Origin: Azolla caroliniana | Lineage: Eukaryota > Plantae > Polypodiophyta | Reading direction: 5' to 3' | Length of the DNA: 19,219 nucleotides | Assembly (NCBI GenBank): GCA_043228905.1 | Contig: JBHGNT010000615.1 | Span: 1-19,219 of the forward strand | In this document: positions 11,444-19,219 of the stretch, piece by piece | Layout: every line of letters starts with the position of its first letter | Numbering within the stretch: the first letter of the stretch is position 1 | The notes under the pieces: generated by a model | What the model saw: only the letters and a program-made list of their open reading frames with translations | Database searches by the model: none | What the model was told of the DNA's origin: nothing | Translations under genes and position numbers: made by a program

Positions 11444-11515
11444 AATGGCATGGCTTAATGGTAAGCCAATTGACTCCTAACTTGGAGGTGCAAGGTTCGA
11501 ATCTTTACTTGCCCT
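11444..11515 (+). promoter_or_regulatory. tRNA-like A-box/B-box module in element B 5' LTR
   Basis: TGGCTTAATGG 11451-11461; GGTTCGAATCT 11494-11504; copy of 4642-4713. Confidence 0.7.
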
Positions 11516-12062
11516 CCTTGTATATGTATATATGTATATATATTTATATATTTATTTATCTAGTCGCCGGATGCCGTCGTCTCACCACCGCCGGATACCG
11601 TCGCCTGTTGCCGTCGGTTACCGGTGCCCCGCCGGATGCCGGATTGCCGCCGGATCACTGGCTCCATCGCCAGTCCGGTTTTGGTTGGCCAAAACCCTTT
11701 ACGAGTAGCTAGCCCACCTCCACTCTTAGTTCAAGTTACCTTGAACTCTCTATGCTCCACACATAAACACAAAGATAATATCTTTTGCTCTACCTTATAT
11801 ATGATGAGAGCCGTATTTGTCGTGCCTATGTGGGATATCTCACAATTGTCTCTTTTCCTTTCACAAACTTTATACGCTCATATCTTGACATTTAGTTGTC
11901 TGTTTCTCGTGTAATAAAGTGCATTCGAAACCTCCATCATTTTGTACTTAGATATTAAATTGATTTAAAATGTTATCTTCACAATTATAGTATTATGTGA
12001 TTCATACTCGATTTCGTACGTTTTATGGGATTTTCACACTATTGACGAAAATCTTCACGACA

Positions 12063-14902
12063 ATGCTTTCCGACCTCGACGCAGATATGGACTGCCAAAC
12101 ACTCTCTGAAGCCACCAAGAAATGGCTACGACAACACGGATTGGAGGGGTTCCTCACAATCATGGAGGCACCACCACACAGAGAAGCCGACAAGATCATC
12201 AAAGAAATTGACACCGAGCTGATCACGGAGGAAGCGATCCATGCACTAATAGGCCTTCCAAAGGGGGGCATCTATACTATTGACAACCCTACCTCTGAAT
12301 GGCTCATCAAATACTTCGGCGAGTATTCTCTGGCCAACAAGGGCTACAGGACACAGGGCGGAGAAGATATGTTATTCCGAGAAATTGCCCATGTACTCCA
12401 GGAGTTCGGCCACGTATACCCTCGACCCCCCGTTATGCCTCAGAACCGAGCAGGCTTGATCATCGCAACATACGAAGGGGTCAAGGTGGATTGGCCGGTG
12501 CTGATCGCCGACGAATTGCGTGCGGCTATTGACACCGTAAGAGGTAAGGAAGCCAAAGAAGGCCGGAAAATATGGCATGCGGTGGTGCAATGGCTCACCC
12601 TAGTGGCGCCACCTGTCGAGCCCATCCAGACCAAGAAGCGGGGAAGAGTAACGGACGGCACCCCGAAAGCTACTTCAAAATGACAGCATCTGTTGGCCAC
12701 CAAGACCACTAAGGGGAAGACAACCGACATGGAGCAGGCGGCGAAGGAGCGCTCGCCATCCAGAAGTAGTCGACGGACACGCAGGAGGAGACACTGGCAC
12801 GGCCCCTGAAGAGCACACTCCGCCGACCGGTGCAGCAAGAAACGAACACCCCGGCGGCAAGAATGAATGTCGGGACTCAAGGGGAGGAAACGGAGGAAGA
12901 ACCTACGGAGCACCTCCAGCGGCGGCCGACGACGAGCACCGCAGAATTAGTCGGGAAGCGTTCGAACCCCCAGAAGGATGGAACGCCTTTACCCCACACT
13001 GAGAATCCCACGCCAAGGGAGGAACCAGAACCGGTTCGGATGGAACCAGACTCAGAAGCCCCTGCACAACAGGCAATATCAGCGGGTCAGGAAACGACAA
13101 GCCCCGAAATGCAAGCGTCGGTAATGCAAGTGCCACCTTCCTCAACCGGCCAAGAACAAAGAGAACAAGAGCGGCCAGCCGAAACACAACTGGAACCTGA
13201 ACGGCAAAGTGGTCAGCAGGCAGAGTCGGAATTGCAGCTAAACGCAGCTAGGCGGGACCGGCCACTGGCAAGTGAACCCATCAGCCAACCCTCCGTGCAG
13301 ACGCAACAACAGGGCACCGGCAGCCAATGGCTCCGGTGGATAGGAGAGCATGTTGCCGGAGTGATACTACATGTAGAGGCGGAAGAACGAGCGTAGATGG
13401 AACGGTTGCTAGTCACAATCGATGAACTAGAGACGGCCCGGTCAAGGATCCGGTGCCTTGAACAAGACTTGGATCGGGTCACAGAAGACATGGCCAAAAT
13501 GGCCTTAACCGCAACACAGATCCAAGCATCGGTGACTCCGATGGATGTACAGAATAAAGAAACAACCACGCCTGTACACACGAATAAGACCCCGAAGACA
13601 GAAACCGTGCCGGAGAAAGATGCGGCGCAAGCCCAAGATCTTGCCAAATTAAGGGACAAACTTGCCGCACAAGAAGCACTACGGAGCCGCGAACGAGATT
13701 TGAAGAAAACGACAGAAGAGGAGTTAAAGAAGACTGCTGAAAACCTCCGCCAGGCAGAAGAAAATTTGCGGAAAGGGCATCAAGCTTATGATTGGCTAAA
13801 GGAGGAAAAAGGAAAATTGTTGCAGGAGAAGGACAAGCTGCGACGGATGGTGGAAACGGAAATCGAAAGGCTGAAAGAATAACTCCGTCAACAAAAGGAC
13901 CGGGAAGACCGCGCTCGCCGGCAAATCAACCAGAGGTTGAAGTAGAAGACAGAGGACTTCGACCACCTACACCGGAACTTTAAGAGCTTGGACACGGAGC
14001 ATAAGCAACAGCAGGAAAGGATGGCCGAGCTCCGGTAAGAAGTTGATTGGGCCACGACGGCACTCGCCGACGAACGGGCTGAGAATACAAAGCTATTGGA
14101 GGAAGCGGCGAGGGACCGGATGGAGCTCCACAAGCAGCACCATGACGAAAAGGAGAGGGTGACAATGGTGTTACAGAAGTTGCAAAACATCTATCAAAGT
14201 CAATTGTCGCATTATAGGGAGCAGGAAGCGGAGACGGTCAGAATCATCAACCAATTGAAAGAGGAGTGACAAGCCGCGGAGAACAAATCACAGATGAGAA
14301 TGGAACGGATCCAGTGCATCCTCTGGGCATGGCTAAACAAGACCAAACGCTTGATTGACGAGAGCTCCGTGAGATGGTGGATGAAATGGGCGTAGAATAC
14401 GGCTAAACTCCAGTTGCTCAGGGCGGACACGGAAAACCGGCGAAAGGAAGGTGAGCACTGTTACATGCTCACATCGGAGGACTTCACCGCCATAAAGGAT
14501 GAGCTGGTAGAAGATTTTACAACTTTGGCGGATGAGCAATTGTTGCAGGTCCGACAACTCATAGCTCAATTGGACAACGATCGGATGAATGCTCAAATCC
14601 AGTTTGAGAGCTATGAGCGGTCCCAGCTTAGGGAAGAAAAAGCAAGGCATGCGGCAACAGTCAACCTAAGTGATGAGGAACCGTCGCCGGTACAAGGACC
14701 AGACGGGGAGTAGGCCGGGGTAAGTCAACCAGAGACAACTCTGACGGAGGAAACAATGAAGGAAACGCTGGTGCCAGAGCAACAATCGGAGTCACAGCCG
14801 GAGTCACAGCAGCCACAACAACAGCCACAACAACAACAAATTCCAGTCGACCCATTGGAGACCCTGGAGCAAAGCATCCTGGATATCTTGGATGAAGAGT
14901 AA
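12063..14902 (+). pseudogene. Element A 3' extra ORF (~940 codons): PMD/plant-transposon-protein-like N-terminus, disordered linker, long coiled coil, Q-rich tail
   Basis: ORFs 12830-13396, 13397-13882 and 14414-14713 share one frame that reads through stops to ...QSILDILDEE* at 14902; one frameshift separates it from 12063-12683. Motifs ITEEAIHALIGLPKGG and EGVKVDWPVLIADEL. The true start codon is uncertain. Confidence 0.8.
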
Positions 14903-15000
14903 AGGGCCGGTGTGGGATTCGACGTACAAGGTACTGTCCCACGGGCGTGCCATGTGTTACCCGGCCGACGAAGGAGCTAAGGACGCCAAGACTAGGGTGT

Positions 15001-15011
15001 GAAAAGGGGAA
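15001..15011 (+). promoter_or_regulatory. Element A polypurine tract
   Basis: GAAAAGGGGAA, 1 nt before TGTTA. Confidence 0.85.
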
Positions 15012-15012
15012 T

Positions 15013-15412
15013 TGTTATTTGGGAATCTGTTGTAATTACTAGTCTTAATATATTAATATATGAGAAAATGTGGACGGACGGACCGGAATCGGTATGCCAA
15101 TCCGGATCCGGACCGATCCCGAATAGGTGCCGGTTGGCACCGTTTTGTAATTCACACCGGTGACCTATATAAAGGGCCGGTTACAATGTAATCATCAACA
15201 GAGAGTAATATAAACCTTTTGTTAATCATTGAGTATTGTTCACCGTTCTGTGCTTATTGTATATCTTACGCGTGTTAATGACGTATTGCTAAGTAACCAA
15301 TTAAGGTCCAATTAAGCGTTGTGTCGTAAGTTATCTCGCTGTAACACCCTTGGGTGAAGTGTCTTAAGTGGACACCCTCTGTTAGGTTGTTGTCCGGCCC
15401 AAAGGATTAACA
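15013..15412 (+). repeat. Element A 3' LTR (400 bp)
   Basis: Starts TGTTATTTGGG after the PPT and ends CCCAAAGGATTAACA (imperfect inverted termini); TATATAAA at 15166-15173; an unrelated gag-like frame begins right after it. The partner LTR is not in the window. Confidence 0.78.
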
Positions 15413-15522
15413 GTCGTTGCTGCCTGAAGTTCTTGAACAAAGTTTCGTAAGCTCGCATTCTCATGTTGGAGTTGATGCAACACCGCCAAAATTTTCTCAA
15501 GGTTACTAAATGATTCTAACAT
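15413..15522 (-). pseudogene. Element C gag N-terminal fragment
   Basis: Manual translation MLESFSNLEKILAVLHQLQHENASLRNFVQELQAAT (coiled-coil-like), starting just after the PBS and cut at the LTR of element A. Confidence 0.65.
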
Positions 15523-15555
15523 GATAGTATATTGAGAAAGAAGACAAAAAGAAGG

Positions 15556-15566
15556 AAGGAGATCAA
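15556..15566 (-). promoter_or_regulatory. Self-priming PBS of element C
   Basis: - strand TTGATCTCCTT, 2 nt after the LTR end, is the exact complement of AAGGAGATCAA (15684-15674), which starts 32 nt downstream of the first T of TATAAAAA (15716). Confidence 0.8.
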
Positions 15567-15568
15567 TC

Positions 15569-15917
15569 TATCATGGATGAACAATTGGAAGACAAAGAGA
15601 TGGGTAAGTTGATGACATAGAGAGATGGATAAGTTGATGACAATGAGTACGAATATCTATTCCATGACTGGTGTTGATCTCCTTGATGTTAACAAGGGAG
15701 ATCAACCCTTTTTATACATATAGTGATGCATGATAAGCATGCTCATGCCAAGTCATAAATACTATAATATTAAGCATATTGATTCTTGCATGCCAAGTCT
15801 TACATACTCAGTCTTACATACCACTCTTTATACAAAGGTTTAAAGTCTAAAGTCTTTCTAGGAGAAATATATATATACAAGGACCTAAGGCTTGAATTCG
15901 ACTCGATGTTCATGACA
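15569..15917 (-). repeat. Element C 5' LTR (349 bp)
   Basis: - strand TGTCATG...CATGATA (expected CATGACA); TATA box 15716-15709; internal 22-bp direct repeat 15596-15617/15621-15642. Confidence 0.75.
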
Positions 15918-16910
15918 CCTGTTTAGTCCGGGGGTTATAACACTTATACCCCTTCTGTTCATGTGAGTAGCCAACGAGTATGCACTTCTCCGATTTCGGA
16001 TCCAGCTTCCTCCGCTTCTCATCCGGTACATGCACATATGTTATGCTACCAAATATCCGATGGTGTCTCAAATTCGGCTTCCGCCTGAAATACAACTCAT
16101 GTGCTGACACCTTATCCCCGATCTGGTTTTGGATGTAAACGGTCGTCCACACCACCTTAGCCGAATAGAATTTGGGCATGATGTTCTCCTCCAGCGTTGC
16201 TCTTGCCGCGTCAACAATCGACCAGTTCTTTCTTTCGGCCACACTGTTTTGTTCCGGTGTATATCGACAACTCAATTCTTTCTGAATTCCTTTTTGTTGT
16301 AGATAACTGTTGAATTGGCCGGAAAAGTATTCTTTTCTGCCATCCGACCGCAAGCACTTTATCTTCCTCCCCGTTTCCCTTTAGACTAAGCTTTGAAGGT
16401 TCCGAAAACAGTTGAAGACTTCACTTTTCTTCTCGGTGAGGTAGATCCACGTGTGCCGGCTGTAGTCCTCAATGAAGGAGACGAAATACCAACTCCCACC
16501 AAGACTAACGTTCTATGATGGTCCCCATACATCCTTGAATGGATTAGATCGATCTTGTTATGGCTCTGGTTTCGTTCGGTGGGGAATGGAAGCCGATGTT
16601 TCTTCCCGAATCGGTAGGCTTCAGATATTTGGGCCTTCCAGCCACTAAACTTCGGCAATCCGAACACAACTTGTTTCGATTGCAGATCTTGAAGCCTCCG
16701 GTAGTTGACATGGTCAATCCGCTTATGCCAAAGATCGATGTCCGATTCAATCTTTTTTCCTTTGGCAAACATGGCAGTACCGACGTCATTTGTGTTGAGG
16801 GTGAACATCCTCCCTTCCCTACGCCCTTGTGCGATTATCCGGCTTTCTTCCTTGATGAAGCACTTGAGGTGCGTAAACCACACCTCCATTCCCTGGTCGA
16901 CGATTTTGGA
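15918..16910 (-). pseudogene. Ty1/copia pol fragment: GAG-pre-integrase, integrase core, SH3-like region
   Basis: DLWHKRIDHVNY, GKKHRLPF, DLIHS, RSDGRKEY, YTPEQNSVAERKN, IFGSITYVHVPDEKRRKLDPKSEKCILVGYS, GYKCYNP. Confidence 0.93.
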
Positions 16911-16911
16911 C

Positions 16912-17609
16912 TAGGAGGAGGAGAATTTTCAGACATATAGGAATGTAAATAGATTATAAGAAAGAGATAGAAATTTGTGAATCCCACGAATATAGTGAAT
17001 TAGTTTAACTTCATATTTAAAATCAAAGTGATAAATTGAAATAGTTTAGAATACATTAGAGTAGATTGAGAAAAGAGATCAAATCTTGTGAATCCCACAA
17101 GTATTATATTAATCAATATTTTGATTGTAATCAGAACCCAAGAATCCATCCTCACCAATACATCTTTTCTTTCCCCACATATAGTGATGGAAGAGGCTAC
17201 TTATAGCTTACCATATGGAAAACATCATGCTTTCTCTAAAGTGTTCATACACACTAGATGTGCACAAATAGTTTTTCTTCTAATTATAGTGTTTACGCAT
17301 GCTAGGTGTGCATGAGTAACTTTTTCTATAAAACTTTTTCTTTTAGTAAAGTTTTATGCATGCTACACGTGTATAAGTAGCTTTTTTCTGAATTTATACT
17401 TTAAAGATACTTTTCTAGATACTAAATCTATAATTATATCACTCATGACGAGTTGGTACAATGGTTAGGTTTGAGTTTGTTTACTTGGAGGCTCAAACAG
17501 GGTTTGAATCTTGCCCTATGCATGTAATATATTTGCTTCTTTTTCTTTATTTTTATTGAATCGGGCACTCCGTACATATTTCACGTAATGTACGAAGTAC
17601 ACTACGACA
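16912..17609. repeat. Truncated AT-rich LTR-like segment (element D)
   Basis: Right end ...ACTACGACA abruptly cuts a gypsy RT frame and resembles the element B terminus ACGACA; internal degenerate repeats; left boundary approximate and no partner copy in the window. Confidence 0.55.
17447..17520 (+). promoter_or_regulatory. Degenerate tRNA-like A-box/B-box module related to those in the element B LTRs
   Basis: TGGTACAATGG 17454-17464, shared ACTTGGAGG 17483-17491, GGTTTGAATCT 17501-17511, then TTGCCC and an AT-rich tail. Confidence 0.5.
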
Positions 17610-18509
17610 ACGCGAACCGCATAATTCAGATTCATTCGGTAGTGGCGCTATTGGACGGGCTTGGCATTCGTTGATAGATGTATTTGGTGCTCGTAAAATT
17701 TCAGGTGGAGTCCCTTCATATCTTCGTGCGACCAGGAAAATACATCCTTGTACTCTCGTAACAGCTCAATCATAGTCGTCTTTTGTAGAGTTGGCAAATC
17801 CTTGGCTATGGAAACCGGTCGTGGCTCCTCGACGGTCCCGAAATTGATTTCTTCTATGGCCGAGACCTTGACACGTTGGGATACCTCCATTTTGCGGTTG
17901 AACACTTCCTGTGCTTGACGGAGCTCTATAATTGCATCCACGTCCGGCTCGCAGATGCCGTCATTGGCTATCGTGGGTTTGATGTAAGCATCGACAGTTC
18001 CGATAACGTCAATTTCGAACAAAGGTACGAGCCACGGATTTTCTTTGAGGTATTGATCCACTTCTTCATCATCCAGTCCTCTAGCATGTGGATTTCTTCT
18101 GCATACAACGACATTAGCTCTTACGTTGTGGGTGCACATTCTTGAGTCGGCACCTGAATCTTGGTTCGGTGAAAGCTAATATTATTATGTTGCCAATTTT
18201 GTTTGATATTTGTTGTGTGCAACCATGGTCGTCCTAAAAGAAGGGGGGGTATGCTCCCGGTGCATACAATGGTAGTACCGCCACCAATATTTTGAATGCA
18301 TGGCCGCCTACCATGATTCCTAGTTTTCGCAACAATCCCAAACGTTGAATTGATCAGGTGTCAGCCATGCGGAGCCAAAATGGAAAAGCTTCCCAAGTTG
18401 CAATGCCCAGGCGGCTATAGGCATCTATACTAATGACATTTACCCTGAACTGCCATCAATTATGCACCTTGATATCTCTTCCCCCTTGATGACGATCTTT
18501 ATGCCCGGG
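17610..18509 (-). pseudogene. Fragment of an element-A-related gypsy pol (protease to RT N-terminus), highly degenerate
   Basis: IKIVIKGEEISRCIIDGSSG; GLDDEEVDQYLKENPWLVPLFEIDV; EVSQRVKVSAIEEINFGT; YKDVFSWSHEDMKGL; RHYRMNLNYA. All are colinear with ~460-1350. Confidence 0.9.
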
Positions 18510-19219
18510 TAAGCCGCGATGTCATCTTCAACGAATCGGCTTCATGGTACTTATCTTCGTCTCCGAACCCCAACAACTCCATTCTGAATTCTAAGGATGA
18601 GGCCAGTTAAGCCAAAATGCCTCCGAACAAAGAAGAAATCAGATCTTTGGAAGAGAGTCCGATCTCATTCCGACTAAGTGGGAGGAATGAGAGACTGAGT
18701 CGGAATGAGAAGTCGGCGCGTAGTGGAGACTTGGTTGTGTTGTCCTTGCATAATAAGCCGAAGAGATGGCCTACGTGCAAAGAGAAGGGGAAGATGAAAA
18801 TCTCGGAGTACGACATGGATGCCGGTTTTTCGGACCGAAGCGAATCCAAAATGGCCCGGAGCGACAACAAACCTTCAGAGAAAAGTTTAGAGTCAATCGA
18901 GAGGATCGTCAAATCACCAAAGCAGAAGTTGCGCCAATCTACCCGCTAGAAGAACACCATAGTTCAATATGGATACAATGAATACATGGTGCACAACTAT
19001 GCGTACATGACAAAGGTGGCGGAAGTGTGTGAGCCGGAGAGCTACACAGAAGCGGCAAAGGATGCAAATTGGCATGCTGCTATGCAGGAAGAGATGCACG
19101 CCTTATCCAAAATGAAACATGGGACTTGGTTGACGCACCGAAGAGTGTGAAGCCGATCGTATGTAGGTGGGTGTATAAGGTCAAGTACAACACTGACGGC
19201 ACCATCAACCAATACAAGG
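18503..19219 (+). pseudogene. Ty1/copia pol fragment: integrase C-terminus, linker and RT start (runs off the window)
   Basis: Manual translation ARVSRDVIFNESASWY (18503 onward), EPESYTEAAKDANWHAAMQEEM, NETWDLVDAPKSVKPIVCRWVYKVKYNTDGTINQYK. Confidence 0.93.

Larger units (their letters stand above)
4191..12062 (-). mobile_element. Element B: full-length Ty3/gypsy LTR retrotransposon (Phygy-like, fungal-type RT), nested in element A
   Basis: Two ~1.05-kb TG...CA direct repeats (4191-5238 and 11011-12062), PBS, PPT, gag-PR and RT-RH-INT on the - strand. Flanks are ACGC (4187-4190) and ATGC (12063-12066). Clade name is inferred from RT style and PBS type. Confidence 0.96.
11011..12062 (-). repeat. 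Element B 5' LTR
   Basis: TGTCGTGAAGAT...ATCTTCACGACA is a perfect 12-bp terminal inverted repeat; adjacent to the PBS. Confidence 0.96.
1..15412 (+). mobile_element. Element A: Ty3/gypsy non-chromovirus LTR retrotransposon (Athila/Selgy-like), degenerate; 5' part outside the window, interrupted by element B
   Basis: Domain order PR-RT-RH-INT at 219-3807; extra ORF 12063-14902; PPT 15001-15011; 3' LTR 15013-15412. No chromodomain and no second RNase H seen. Lineage name is tentative. Confidence 0.88.
15413..15917 (-). mobile_element. Element C: 5' end of a self-priming (Tf1/Tcn1-type) LTR retrotransposon, interrupted by element A
   Basis: LTR 15917-15569, 11-nt self-complementary PBS, ATG at 15522. 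Confidence 0.8.

Noticed and set aside
14780-14840. CAA/CAG microsatellite as a separate feature
   Set aside because: It is the in-frame Q/P-rich tail of the extra ORF.
12063-14902. Retroviral env gene or captured host SMC/myosin gene
   Set aside because: No signal peptide or transmembrane segment, no ATPase or motor motifs, and no introns; coiled-coil composition alone is non-specific.
18130-18165. DSGA copia-protease-like motif on the - strand
   Set aside because: Another frame (KIQVPTQE...LYAEEIHML) aligns with element A's PR-RT spacer, so DSGA is an off-frame coincidence.
1-19219. CRISPR array, retron/DGR or other prokaryotic RT system
   Set aside because: There is no repeat-spacer periodicity, and all RTs lie in LTR-retrotransposon polyproteins with neighbouring protease, RNase H or integrase domains.

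Overview
Eukaryotic (plant) repeat-rich DNA made entirely of nested and decayed LTR retrotransposons; no host gene is recognisable. Element A is a + strand Ty3/gypsy non-chromovirus (1-15412, 5' part outside the window) with PR-RT-RH-INT, a ~2.8-kb 3' extra ORF (PMD-like N-terminus plus long coiled coil) and a 400-bp 3' LTR. It is split by element B (4191-12062, - strand), a full-length gypsy element with ~1.05-kb LTRs, a 4-bp near-TSD, a tRNA-Trp PBS, a -1 frameshift/pseudoknot signal between protease and RT, and a tRNA-like A-box/B-box module inside each LTR. Element A sits in the gag start of element C, a Tf1/Tcn1-type self-priming element (15413-15917, -). To the right are two halves of what looks like one Ty1/copia pol in opposite orientations (15918-16910 - and 18503-19219 +). 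Between them lie a truncated LTR-like segment, which also carries a tRNA-like module, and a fragment of an A-related gypsy element. The element mix suggests a non-seed plant such as a moss (inference). All analysis was by eye; lineage names are from memory and need a database check.
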